Of a stretch of DNA of 63,260 nucleotides, positions 1 to 9,696 are shown in pieces. Below the pieces are notes generated by a model that was not told where the DNA came from, searched no databases, and saw nothing but the letters and a program-made list of their open reading frames with translations. The position numbers and the translations under genes were made by a program. Location of the stretch: contig JAWUVP010000083.1 in NCBI GenBank assembly GCA_034112285.1, forward strand, positions 1 through 63,260, given 5' to 3'. The first letter of the stretch is position 1. The number at the start of each line of letters is the position of its first letter. This DNA comes from Gammaproteobacteria bacterium. Lineage in GTDB: Bacteria > Pseudomonadota > Gammaproteobacteria > JABDGN01.

Positions 1-110
1 TGATCTTGTAATGGAATAAACAAATACGCAATAATACCTGCGGCAACAATTAGCAAAGCCAACATGGTGGCCATTACTGGATTACGAATTGAAATGCCAG
101 GTATCGTCAT
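1..110 (-). CDS. RND (AcrB/HAE1-type) efflux permease, N-terminal fragment running off the left edge
   Basis: Reverse-strand translation from the ATG at 110: MTIPGISIRNPVMATMLALLIVAAGIIAYLFIPLQD. This is the typical RND permease N-terminus and TM1. It lies directly downstream of the adaptor gene. Confidence 0.7.
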   Translation of the reverse strand, partial: MTIPGISIRNPVMATMLALLIVAAGIIAYLFIPLQD

Positions 111-130
111 AGCTTTAGACTCCTTGTCGC

Positions 131-1306
131 TTATTTGCTGCTAGTATTTTTGGGGGTAGCTTTGGCAGGCTGTTTGCTGGCCTTTTTTACAGATGGTTTC
201 GGCAATTGCTCTACCGACTGTGGCGTTTGTATAGAAACTGCCGCACCGGGTGATAAATAATGCGCGCCGTGCGTGACAATTTTATCGCCGTCTTTAATAT
301 TGGCGGTAACGGCTGCATAGCCTTGTTGTTCTTCGACGATAGTGGCATCATGGCGGATGGCTTTGCCATCTTTTACGGTAAAGAGCAAAGTGCCATCACC
401 GCGTAAAACTAAGCTCTCTACAGGAACAATATATACAGAATTGCTTTTTTCTAGATAGACACTGCCGTTGATACTAGCCCCTGACTTCCATAAATTATCG
501 CTGTTAAAAGTAACAATGACATCGACTGTTCTATTGTCAGGGTTAATTGATGGCGTCACTGCAGTGATTTGCCCCACATATTCTTTACCTGGCGTTGCGG
601 GTGACAAGAGGTGTACGCGTTGCCCAACTTTCAAATCATTGGCTTTGGTTTGCGAAAATGATAAGCGAGCTTGGAGTAAACTATGGTCAATCAGTTGAAA
701 CATCGTTGCGCCCTGGGTGACGTAATCACCTTCAGAAATCAACACTTTTTGCACGTGACCATTTATGGGTGAACGTATAATCGTATCTTGCAGCAAATTT
801 TCAGCCTGCAATAAATTTTGATTAGCTTCATTTACTTCAGCTTTTGCAACCTGTGCTGATGCTTCTACCTGGGCGGCTTTTAGTTTTGATACTACGTGTT
901 TTTTTAGCAACAGAGTCGTGCTTTTCGCCTCTAGTTGTTTCTCTGTTAACCTAGCGCGTGCAGACTTTACTTTAGCCAGGGCTTGCAAGTAGGCAATACG
1001 TTGTTTGCTATTATCCATGGTTGCTAAAATTTGCTTGGCGCGCACAGCCTGACCATCATAAGCATTAACTTGGGTTATGCGTCCATTTGTTGTGGCTTTA
1101 ATGCTAGGTCGAGTGATGGGGACTAAAGAACCAGATGATTTGTATTTCACTTGTAATTTTTGCGACTTAGCAGTAATGACCGACACCGATGTTTTTTGTG
1201 AAGCGGCTTTCTTTTTAGCCTTTTTACTACAGCTCGTTAAGCCGCCACTGCCTAAAACTAGAACGCTTGCAAAACATAAAGTGATAAGAGAAGAGTGAAC
1301 GCGCAT
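131..1306 (-). CDS. Efflux RND transporter periplasmic adaptor (membrane fusion protein), lipoprotein
   Basis: 391 aa. Signal peptide with lipobox LTSC. Coiled-coil hairpin region (AKVKSARARLTEKQLEAK...) and beta-barrel C-terminal part typical of the HlyD/AcrA family. Followed by the RND permease start. Confidence 0.85.
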   Translation of the reverse strand: MRVHSSLITLCFASVLVLGSGGLTSCSKKAKKKAASQKTSVSVITAKSQKLQVKYKSSGSLVPITRPSIKATTNGRITQVNAYDGQAVRAKQILATMDNSKQRIAYLQALAKVKSARARLTEKQLEAKSTTLLLKKHVVSKLKAAQVEASAQVAKAEVNEANQNLLQAENLLQDTIIRSPINGHVQKVLISEGDYVTQGATMFQLIDHSLLQARLSFSQTKANDLKVGQRVHLLSPATPGKEYVGQITAVTPSINPDNRTVDVIVTFNSDNLWKSGASINGSVYLEKSNSVYIVPVESLVLRGDGTLLFTVKDGKAIRHDATIVEEQQGYAAVTANIKDGDKIVTHGAHYLSPGAAVSIQTPQSVEQLPKPSVKKASKQPAKATPKNTSSK

Positions 1307-1446
1307 AATTTGACCATCCTGGTGTTAACGAATTGATTTAATACTAATGCAATTAACCCCAGAACACAATGATTTTTAAGGGAAAATTCCTCTGGTTGGC
1401 TGCACGCATATTTGTTAACATCCTTATAACTATTTTAAGGTATCAC

Positions 1447-3171
1447 ATGGCAAAAATCACTTCACGTACAATTAATCTCGAATCACATTTTGAGCCCAAC
1501 TTGCACCCATTGTTAGAGCGTATTTATTTAGCGCGAGGCATCAATCAGCCTGGCGAGCTGGAGCGCGATCTGGCCAAGCTACTGCCTTTTACCGAGCTGA
1601 TGGGTATTGCCACAGCCTGCGAAGTTTTAACGCAGGCTATTATAGAAGGTCAACATATAATGATTATTGGCGATTACGACGCCGATGGGGCAACCAGCAC
1701 CACGCTGGCCGTGCGGGTATTGCGTGAATTTGGCGCCGCCGAAGTCAGTTATTTAGTGCCAAACCGCTTTGAATATGGTTATGGCTTAACCCCTGAAATT
1801 GTCGCCGTAGCAGCTGAGCGTAAGCCAGATATATTGCTCACGGTCGATAACGGTATCGCCAGCATTGCAGGCGTGGCGGCAGCGAATGCACTCAATATAA
1901 AAGTCGTGGTCACCGATCACCATTTAGCCGGCGATGAACTTCCCGCTGCCGCAGCAATTGTAAACCCTAACCAGCCAGGAGATAGCTTTGCTTCCAAAGC
2001 ATTGGCGGGCGTAGGCGTTTGCTTTTATGTCATGCTGGCCCTGCGTCGTGAATTGATTGCGCAAGATTATTTTACCCAGCATAACTTGCCGGTACCTAAA
2101 CTGGCTAAATATCTCGATATCGTTGCCCTGGGCACGGTGGCTGACGTTGTTCCCTTAGATAAAAACAACCGTATTTTGGTACACCAAGGTTTGCATCGCA
2201 TACGTGCCGGACATTGCGTGCCGGGCATTAAAGCAATCTTAACCGTGGCAAAACGTGATATTACCCAGCTAACCTCAGCAGACTTAGGCTTTGCCATTGG
2301 CCCGCGTTTAAATGCCGCAGGTCGATTAGATGATATGAGCCTAGGTATAGAGTGTTTACTCACCGATGACGAGCCCACCGCCATGCGTTTGGCGCAAGAG
2401 CTTAACGACTTAAATGTCGAACGCCGTGAAATTGAGCAAGGCATGCAACAAGAAGCTTTGAAAAGCTTGGCCGATTTAAAACTCGATGCCAGCGCCATGC
2501 CCTATGGTTTATGTTTGTTTGATGCAACCTGGCATCAAGGTGTGATTGGTATTTTAGCCTCACGAATAAAAGATAAGTATCACCGGCCGGTTATTGTTTT
2601 TGCCGATGCAGGTGGGGGCACCATTAAAGGCTCGGCACGCTCAGTGCGTGGCGTACATATTCGAGATGTTTTAGATGCGATAGCCAAGCGCAACCCCGAC
2701 TTGATTAGTAAATTTGGCGGCCATGCTATGGCCGCCGGCCTTAGCTTTCAGCGGGCTGATTATAAAACCTTCACCACCGCTTTTGATGAAGAAGTACGCA
2801 AACATTTAACCGCTGAAGACTTGCAAGGTGAAGTGTATACCGATGGTGAATTAAGCCATAACGATTTTAATCTAGGCATGGCAGAGTTATTACGTGATGC
2901 CGGCCCATGGGGGCAAGCTTTTCCTGAACCTGTTTTTTATGGTGAATTTATTTTGCATGAGCAGCGTATTGTGGGACAAAACCATTTGCGTTTAAAAGTG
3001 CAATTACCAGAAGGCAAAAAAGTTTATACCGGCATTAAATTTAATATTGATTTAAAGCAATGGCCCAATCACCGCGCGCAAAAAGTTAATTTAGCCTACA
3101 AACTCGATATTAATGAATATAATAACGTTCGTAGTTTACAGCTAATGGTTGAGCACATCGAAGCCTTATGA
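1447..3171 (+). CDS. recJ: Single-stranded-DNA-specific exonuclease RecJ
   Basis: DHH-family motifs DYDADGATS and VTDHH, plus a DHHA1 region (GGHAMAAG). The ORF-track start at 1369 looks like an upstream extension. The ATG at 1447 (MAKITSRT...) is preferred. Confidence 0.9.
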   Translation: MAKITSRTINLESHFEPNLHPLLERIYLARGINQPGELERDLAKLLPFTELMGIATACEVLTQAIIEGQHIMIIGDYDADGATSTTLAVRVLREFGAAEVSYLVPNRFEYGYGLTPEIVAVAAERKPDILLTVDNGIASIAGVAAANALNIKVVVTDHHLAGDELPAAAAIVNPNQPGDSFASKALAGVGVCFYVMLALRRELIAQDYFTQHNLPVPKLAKYLDIVALGTVADVVPLDKNNRILVHQGLHRIRAGHCVPGIKAILTVAKRDITQLTSADLGFAIGPRLNAAGRLDDMSLGIECLLTDDEPTAMRLAQELNDLNVERREIEQGMQQEALKSLADLKLDASAMPYGLCLFDATWHQGVIGILASRIKDKYHRPVIVFADAGGGTIKGSARSVRGVHIRDVLDAIAKRNPDLISKFGGHAMAAGLSFQRADYKTFTTAFDEEVRKHLTAEDLQGEVYTDGELSHNDFNLGMAELLRDAGPWGQAFPEPVFYGEFILHEQRIVGQNHLRLKVQLPEGKKVYTGIKFNIDLKQWPNHRAQKVNLAYKLDINEYNNVRSLQLMVEHIEAL

Positions 3172-4139
3172 GTCATCGCGCACGAAAAATCTCTATCGCC
3201 CCCATGATGGATTGGACTGACCGCCATTGTCGTTATTTTTTGCGTTTAATTTCCAAACACAGTTATTTGTATACTGAAATGGTAAATGCCAAAGCGATTG
3301 TGCACGGTAAGGCTTTGCATTTATTAAACTATAATCCAGAAGAACACCCGCTAGCTTTGCAGCTAGGCGGGAATGAACCTGAAGTGTTAGCCGCTGCCAG
3401 CATTGAAGCAGAAAAATTGGGTTATGATGAAATCAACCTCAATGTCGGTTGCCCTAGCGATCGGGTACAAAGTGGTTTTTTTGGTGCGTGCTTAATGCAA
3501 AAACCCGACTTGGTGCGTGACTGCATTGCTGCCACGCAAGCCGCCGTTTCTATTCCGGTAACGGTAAAATGTCGTATTGGTATTGACCGTGAAGAATCCT
3601 ATGACTTTTTACAAAATTTTGTTAGCACGGTGGCGCAAAGTGGCTGCAACACCTTTATTGTTCATGCGCGAAATGCCTGGTTAAAAGGCTTAAGTCCCAA
3701 AGAAAACCGCAATATTCCCCCACTGCGCTACGATATTGTCTATCAATTAAAACAAGAGTTTCCTGCGTTAGAAATCATTATTAATGGTGGCATTAAAACC
3801 TACGCCGATATAGATGAGCATTTACAGCATGTCGATGGGGTAATGCTGGGACGTGAAGCCTACCATAACCCTTATATTCTAGCGCAAATAGACCATCGCT
3901 ATTACTCAACTGAGGCGCCAACACTTTCGCGCTTTGATATAGCTGAACGCATGTTGGCCTATATTGATGCGCAGCGTGAAAAAGATATTTCATTGCATCA
4001 CATCACCAGGCATATGCTAGGTTTGTTTCATGCTGAACCCGGGGCGCGCCAATGGCGACGCTACTTAACCGAAAACTCTACTAAGCCAGGTGCAGGCAGG
4101 CAAATTGTTGAAGCCGCATTAGCATTAATTCATAGGTAA
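3168..4139 (+). CDS. dusA: tRNA dihydrouridine(20/20a) synthase DusA
   Basis: Near-colinear with E. coli DusA from memory: APMMDWTDRHCRYFLRL, NLNVGCPSDRVQ, GLSPKENRNIPPL, ITRHMLGLF..PGARQWRRYL. Overlaps the recJ stop by 4 nt. Confidence 0.92.
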   Translation: MSHRARKISIAPMMDWTDRHCRYFLRLISKHSYLYTEMVNAKAIVHGKALHLLNYNPEEHPLALQLGGNEPEVLAAASIEAEKLGYDEINLNVGCPSDRVQSGFFGACLMQKPDLVRDCIAATQAAVSIPVTVKCRIGIDREESYDFLQNFVSTVAQSGCNTFIVHARNAWLKGLSPKENRNIPPLRYDIVYQLKQEFPALEIIINGGIKTYADIDEHLQHVDGVMLGREAYHNPYILAQIDHRYYSTEAPTLSRFDIAERMLAYIDAQREKDISLHHITRHMLGLFHAEPGARQWRRYLTENSTKPGAGRQIVEAALALIHR

Positions 4140-4145
4140 ATATTT

Positions 4146-5063
4146 ATGTCCGTTCATACCACTTTAACCACCGAGCAAGTTAACACTTGGTTGCAACTTT
4201 TTTCTATTGGTGAGTTAACTCAGTTTGAAGGAATTAGTGCCGGCATCACCAATACGATTTATAAAGTCGATACCGAGCAAGGTGAATATGTACTTACGTT
4301 GTTTGAACATTTGTCCGCCAATGAGCTGCCTTTTTTTATTGAATTACAAAAACAATTAGTGGCCAAACAGGTAGTGTGTCCCGGCATTATTCACACTATT
4401 GATGGACAATACATACAGACTTTGCGCAACAAGCCAACCATGCTGAGTGAGTTTTTGCCGGGGCAAACTTTAACAACCGCGAATGCCAAACAATGCCAAG
4501 CGTTAGGCGTTGCGTTGGCGCAGCTGCATACCGTCACTGAATCGTTCACCTTAACACGGCATAACCCCTTTGATTTTGCATGGCATGAACAGTGTGCTGC
4601 GCAAGTTTTTCCACGGCTTAATGATAGCCAACAAACCCTTTTGCAAAATGAATTACAGCACCAGCAGCAACAAGATTACAGCAGTTTACGCACGGGCATC
4701 TGTCACATGGATTTATTTATGGACAATGTGTTGTTTACGGGTGATGATTTAAGTGGCATTTTAGATTTCTATTATGCCTGCAATAATTTTTACGCGCTAG
4801 ATTTAGCCACGGCCATGTGCGCGTGGTCCATCACGCCTGACGGCATTAATCTCGGCAAGGGCGAATATGTACTCGTTGCCTATCAACAGAGCCGGGCATT
4901 AGAGTTGGATGAAATGCAGGAGTTAAAAAACTTGCAGCGCTATACCTCGCTACATTTCTGGCTGATGCGGTTACATGACAAATTGTTGGTGCCCGCACAA
5001 AAAAATGTGACCGTAAAACCACCAGAAGAAATGCAAGCGCTACTTGAGTTGCTTAGGCGGTAA
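4146..5063 (+). CDS. thrB: Homoserine kinase, type II (protein-kinase fold, Pseudomonas-type ThrB)
   Basis: MSVHT...FEGISAGITNTIYKV, LPFFIELQ, HMDLFMDNVLF, ILDFYYAC. These match the Pseudomonas-type ThrB pattern. Confidence 0.8.
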   Translation: MSVHTTLTTEQVNTWLQLFSIGELTQFEGISAGITNTIYKVDTEQGEYVLTLFEHLSANELPFFIELQKQLVAKQVVCPGIIHTIDGQYIQTLRNKPTMLSEFLPGQTLTTANAKQCQALGVALAQLHTVTESFTLTRHNPFDFAWHEQCAAQVFPRLNDSQQTLLQNELQHQQQQDYSSLRTGICHMDLFMDNVLFTGDDLSGILDFYYACNNFYALDLATAMCAWSITPDGINLGKGEYVLVAYQQSRALELDEMQELKNLQRYTSLHFWLMRLHDKLLVPAQKNVTVKPPEEMQALLELLRR

Positions 5064-6141
5064 TAACGTCGATTACCTTTGCTTGCGCGTTTAATATCAC
5101 CGCGCCACGGGTAGCAACCCCCAATTGGGTGGCCGGGTTTTTACTGGTCATCGCTACAATATCATTCCAAGAACAGTCTGTTGCCGCCATTGTATAGTGA
5201 ATGGCTTCAGGTAACGTGACCACGCTACCGGCTAAGGTGCCATCGGGTAAACGTACGGTTTTATTTTTTACTGCAATGGCTTGTCCACCCAGTTCATATT
5301 CACCATCGGGCATACATTGTGCGCGCGTGGCATCGGTCACTAAAATAAGTTTTTCAGCGGTTTTCATTTGATAACTAAGGTCAATGATTGACGGCGATAA
5401 ATGTTTGTTGTCGCAAATCAATTCGGCATACACTTCTTTACGTAGCAAAAGGGCGGTTACCGCACCTGGCCGGCGATGGTGAATACCTTGCATGGCGTTA
5501 AATAAATGCGTTGCGTGGGTAATTCCCGCATCAATGCTCGCATTAGTTTGCTGGTAGTTAGCGGCACTGTGGCCAAACGAGGCTATCACGTTGGTGTCAC
5601 GTAAGAATTGAATGAATTCAATTGCACCTTGATGCTCAGGCGCTAGGGTCACCATTTTAATAATATTATTGCTGGCTGCTTGCCATTGCTTAAATAACGC
5701 AATGTCGGGGGGAATAATCAATTCACGGCGCTGTGCACCGGTAAACTCTGGTGCGAGAAAAGGCCCCTCTAAATGCGCTCCGAGTACTGTTGCGCCATGG
5801 GTTTGTTGCGCAGAAAATTCACTGATATTAATTAATACTTTTTCAATCTCATCAATGGGCGCCGTCATGGTGGTAGCCAAAAAACCGGTGGTGCCTTGTT
5901 TGAGTAAGGAGTCGGCGATAATTTGTAGGGCTTCTGGTGTGCCATCCATCACGTCAGCACCACAACTGCCATGGATATGCATATCAATCATGCCTGGAAT
6001 AATATGATGGTCGGCAGGGTAGCTACGTGCGTTTTCATTCGAATTTATTAATTCAATACCGTGCGTATTAATTGATAACAAAGCATCGGCATGCGATGTG
6101 CTGCCATCATGATAAGTTGGGCCGTCAATAATCGTAGGCAT
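5053..6141 (-). CDS. nagA: N-acetylglucosamine-6-phosphate deacetylase
   Basis: Amidohydrolase metal motifs DMHIHG and AHLEGPF, plus HLFNAM. 362 aa. Confidence 0.88.
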   Translation of the reverse strand: MPTIIDGPTYHDGSTSHADALLSINTHGIELINSNENARSYPADHHIIPGMIDMHIHGSCGADVMDGTPEALQIIADSLLKQGTTGFLATTMTAPIDEIEKVLINISEFSAQQTHGATVLGAHLEGPFLAPEFTGAQRRELIIPPDIALFKQWQAASNNIIKMVTLAPEHQGAIEFIQFLRDTNVIASFGHSAANYQQTNASIDAGITHATHLFNAMQGIHHRRPGAVTALLLRKEVYAELICDNKHLSPSIIDLSYQMKTAEKLILVTDATRAQCMPDGEYELGGQAIAVKNKTVRLPDGTLAGSVVTLPEAIHYTMAATDCSWNDIVAMTSKNPATQLGVATRGAVILNAQAKVIDVITA

Positions 6142-6150
6142 TAAATATCC

Positions 6151-7191
6151 TTAATATGTTTCAGTGATTTTACGCAAATTTTCAGGATGATCAGGATTAA
6201 AACCACGTTGCACCGCCAATTGCGCCATCATAGGATAAAAGGCTTGTATGCAAGCTATAGGATCAAGCACCGAGTGTAGACTATTAGGTAGCGGTAAAAT
6301 ATATTTGGCGACATTGTGCTGGTTTAATTTATCTTTGGCGCAAGCGAGCAGGGTGTTGGCCTTAAGTTCTGTCATCTGTTGACAAAAAGCCACCAAGCCA
6401 GGCAGGGTCGCATCGGCTTGAGCTAAAAAGAATAACGGTAAGGTAGGTTTTGCCAACGCCATAGGCCCATGTTGGAATTCGGCGCTGCTGTAAGCTTCAG
6501 CATGAATATCGGCCGTTTCTTTAAATTTTAGCGCCGCTTCTTGCGCAACAGGAAAGCCATAACCCCGCGCTAACATAAAGGCCGAGCTTTGTGTGCTTAA
6601 TAATTCTTGCGCTACTGACCAATCACATTGGCTAGCTTGCTCTAATGTTTCTGGCAGATGCGGCAAGGCGCGTAATAAATCTTTATTGCCGCTGTAACTG
6701 GCAATTAATTGCGCTATAGCACTCAGCGATGCAATAAACGTTTTGCTGGCCGCAACGGCGTGCTCTGTGCCGGCATGCATCGGGATCACAAAATCTGCAA
6801 TATTGGCTAACACTGAATCGACGTTATTCACAATCGCCACGGTGGTTGCCCCACCTTCTTTGGCGGCTTGTAAGGCTGAGCAAATGTCCGGGCTAACACC
6901 GGATTGTGAAATACCAATGGCTAGCGCATCGCCAACGTGTAATTTAGTATGATACAAACTGTTAATTGACGGGGGTAGGGAAGCCGTGACTAAACCGGTT
7001 TGAGTGCTAAACAAATAATTGGCAAAATAGGCGGCATGATCGGAACTGCCACGCGCAATGGTGTAAACAAATTTAGGGGGCTTATTTTTTAAGCACTTAA
7101 CCAATTCTTTAATGACGCCCATATTTTCACAAAGTTGTTCATTAACCACTTCAGGGGCTTGCAATGCTTCTTGTTGCATTATGCTGGTCAT
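6151..7191 (-). CDS. SIS-domain sugar-phosphate isomerase/deaminase (NagB-II-type glucosamine-6-phosphate deaminase, GlmS C-terminal-like)
   Basis: 346 aa with two SIS-like halves (ARGSSDHAA..., GISQSGVSPD). Sits between nagA and a GlcNAc-kinase-like gene. Confidence 0.75.
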   Translation of the reverse strand: MTSIMQQEALQAPEVVNEQLCENMGVIKELVKCLKNKPPKFVYTIARGSSDHAAYFANYLFSTQTGLVTASLPPSINSLYHTKLHVGDALAIGISQSGVSPDICSALQAAKEGGATTVAIVNNVDSVLANIADFVIPMHAGTEHAVAASKTFIASLSAIAQLIASYSGNKDLLRALPHLPETLEQASQCDWSVAQELLSTQSSAFMLARGYGFPVAQEAALKFKETADIHAEAYSSAEFQHGPMALAKPTLPLFFLAQADATLPGLVAFCQQMTELKANTLLACAKDKLNQHNVAKYILPLPNSLHSVLDPIACIQAFYPMMAQLAVQRGFNPDHPENLRKITETY

Positions 7192-8087
7192 AGTTTATTT
7201 TCCATTAAATTACGAATCATAAATACCGCGCCAACAGAGGCATCATGCGTGCGCTCTATTAGACGCGCTTGGAGTTTTTCGTCCAGCCATGGGCGCACGA
7301 AAGGCGCTATGCCACCAAACAGACTGATGGGAAGCTGCACGGTTTTGTCAATGGCACGTTTTTCCATCGCGGCGCCAACTTGGTCGATGGCAGCGGCAGA
7401 GCGACGAATTAATTGTAGTGCGTAAGGATCTTCTTGCTTAATGTGTTGAATCACAAATGGGGCTAATTTTGCAAACCCCGTTGAATTTGATGCGTTAGCA
7501 TAGGTGACCAATTCAATTAAATCTTCGTTAAAATGTTTGTGTACGGCTTCTAACATTGGAGTGGGTGCAATACGTCCATCGAGCCACTGCAACGTTAAGC
7601 TGGTCAATTGCAACCCTAACCAGCTGCCCCCTCCGATGTCATCGTGAGGAAAGCCCCAACCGCTAACTTGCACCGTTTCACCATGCTGGACTTGATAACC
7701 ATTTACGCCAGTACCAATAATAACGATACCGCCATCTTTATTGTTGTGCGCACCTAAGCAAGCAGCATAAGCATCTGACTCGAGCCGTATGCTCTTAAAC
7801 GGATGTGGGCGCGCTAAAAACCGCTCACGATCGGCCGGAACTTCCACGCCTGCTAAGGCTAAGCCCGCATGAAAATGAAAGTTTTTATCTTCCAATGCAA
7901 TGTTGCTATCGGCTAGCGCGGCACTAATGGCATTGTTGATTGAGTTCCAAGCTTTATCGGTGGATAAGCGAATGTTGGAGGGCCCACCCACGGCAGAGCC
8001 AATGGTTTTACCCGCTGAGTTTTCTATGTAGGCACGTGATTTTGTCCCGCCACCATCAATTCCAATATAAATATTCTCTGCCATCAA
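7188..8087 (-). CDS. BadF/BadG/BcrA/BcrD-type ATPase, probable N-acetylglucosamine kinase
   Basis: N-terminal IGIDGGGTKSR phosphate-1 motif and IGTGV motif. Overlaps the SIS gene by 4 nt. Confidence 0.75.
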   Translation of the reverse strand: MMAENIYIGIDGGGTKSRAYIENSAGKTIGSAVGGPSNIRLSTDKAWNSINNAISAALADSNIALEDKNFHFHAGLALAGVEVPADRERFLARPHPFKSIRLESDAYAACLGAHNNKDGGIVIIGTGVNGYQVQHGETVQVSGWGFPHDDIGGGSWLGLQLTSLTLQWLDGRIAPTPMLEAVHKHFNEDLIELVTYANASNSTGFAKLAPFVIQHIKQEDPYALQLIRRSAAAIDQVGAAMEKRAIDKTVQLPISLFGGIAPFVRPWLDEKLQARLIERTHDASVGAVFMIRNLMENKL

Positions 8088-9461
8088 TTAGCGCCCCGTT
8101 GTTGCAGTGAAATGATCTTCAATGTCTTCTAATGATTTGTTTTTAGTTTCAGGTAACGCATAAGCCGCGATTAAAAAATAGAAGAAGGTGAACATAGCGC
8201 AAATGCCAAAAGCACCGGCCAGGCCTAAGTGTTTAACCACAATCAAAAACACAGACGCTAACACGGCCGACACGGCCGAGTTGGCAAACAAACAAATGGC
8301 CATGCCTTTAGAACGAATACGGGTGGGGATTAATTCTGAAATGGCTAACCAAACGACCACGCCAGGTCCGATGGCATAAGAAACAATATAGAAAATAAAG
8401 CCACTCAACATTAAATAGCCTTCTGTTGGGCCATTGTGCCCAAAATAGCCGACTAAACCCAAAAACGATAAAGCTAACACTGTACAACCGCTACCTAACA
8501 TGAGCAAAGGCTTACGGCCAACTTTATCAATCAGCATTACCGCGATAATGGTAACAATCATATTCATTAAACCCACGCCCACGCTGCCTAGCATTGAGCC
8601 TAAGTTAGTGCTCATACCAGAATGTTTTAATATTAACGTGCCATATTGTAGCAGCGAATTAATGCCGGTGAGCTGGTTCAGGCAGGCGATGGCCAGCGCG
8701 ATTAATAAGGGCTTTATGTAACGTGCTTGCCAGACAGAGCTATTTTCTTTATGGGCAATTTTACCTTTGTCGTCCATGAGCTGCATGTTGTGTAAGTCTT
8801 TTTTAGCATCATGCTCATTGCGCGTGCGAAGTAAGGCTTTCAAAGCGGCTTGCGAATGATTTTTTAAAAACAGCCAGCGCGGTGATTCACTAATAATTAA
8901 TGCACCAAGAAAAAATAATATACCTGGCACCATCACGCACAAAAACATACCACGCCAGTTTTGGCTGGGGGCAAATAAAATGTTAATGCCGTAAGCAAGG
9001 ACAATACCCATGGTTAAAAACAATTGAAACAAGGTGACACTTTTGCCGCGAATCTCAGGTGGGGTGGTTTCTGCCAAATAAAGTGGGATAAGGATAATTT
9101 CCATGCCAATGCCGGCACCTTGAATAATTCGACCTAGTAAGACAGTGAAGAAATCATGCGCATTGACCAGTATCAATACCCCAGCAAGAAAAATGAGGCT
9201 GGAAGCTAAGATGCTTTTTTTGCGTCCAATATAATCGGCAATAGGGCCGGTAATTAAGGTAGCAAAAGCGCCACCGCCTAATACAGCACCGACAACAAGT
9301 GAGGTTTCGGCTGGCGTTAAGGAAATATCTTTATGCATGAATAATAGAGCACCCGCGATAACGCCAATATCGTAACCATACAAGAGGCCACCTAAACCGC
9401 CAAAAAACATCAGAAAGAGAATGTATTTACGTCGCTTATCAGAGAGAATGGAATTAGACAT
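8088..9461 (-). CDS. MFS sugar-porter-family transporter
   Basis: 12-TM profile. Sugar-transporter signatures GRKKS, PESPRWL and PETKNKSLEDIE. Confidence 0.85.
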   Translation of the reverse strand: MSNSILSDKRRKYILFLMFFGGLGGLLYGYDIGVIAGALLFMHKDISLTPAETSLVVGAVLGGGAFATLITGPIADYIGRKKSILASSLIFLAGVLILVNAHDFFTVLLGRIIQGAGIGMEIILIPLYLAETTPPEIRGKSVTLFQLFLTMGIVLAYGINILFAPSQNWRGMFLCVMVPGILFFLGALIISESPRWLFLKNHSQAALKALLRTRNEHDAKKDLHNMQLMDDKGKIAHKENSSVWQARYIKPLLIALAIACLNQLTGINSLLQYGTLILKHSGMSTNLGSMLGSVGVGLMNMIVTIIAVMLIDKVGRKPLLMLGSGCTVLALSFLGLVGYFGHNGPTEGYLMLSGFIFYIVSYAIGPGVVVWLAISELIPTRIRSKGMAICLFANSAVSAVLASVFLIVVKHLGLAGAFGICAMFTFFYFLIAAYALPETKNKSLEDIEDHFTATTGR

Positions 9462-9696
9462 GCCGCTGTACCCTGTAGTTTATTCGCCAGGAATAATATA
9501 ACTTTTATGGGGAAATTACTAGGATAGATTTGTGATAATCCCGTGATCTTGGTTGACTTTACAGGCTTTTTTCCGTAAATTGAATGCTCTCTTTTACGTG
9601 TAATTTGCATGCAGCTCACTTATTATCTTGTTTGCACCTGCATTAATCGCCCGTAGTAAGGCCTTGTTTTATTTAACAATTAATAATTGGATTTTT

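Noticed and set aside
1369-1446. Upstream extension of recJ
   Set aside because: It is hydrophobic and non-RecJ-like (MIFKGKFLWLAARIFVNILITILRYH). The ATG at 1447 gives a normal RecJ N-terminus.
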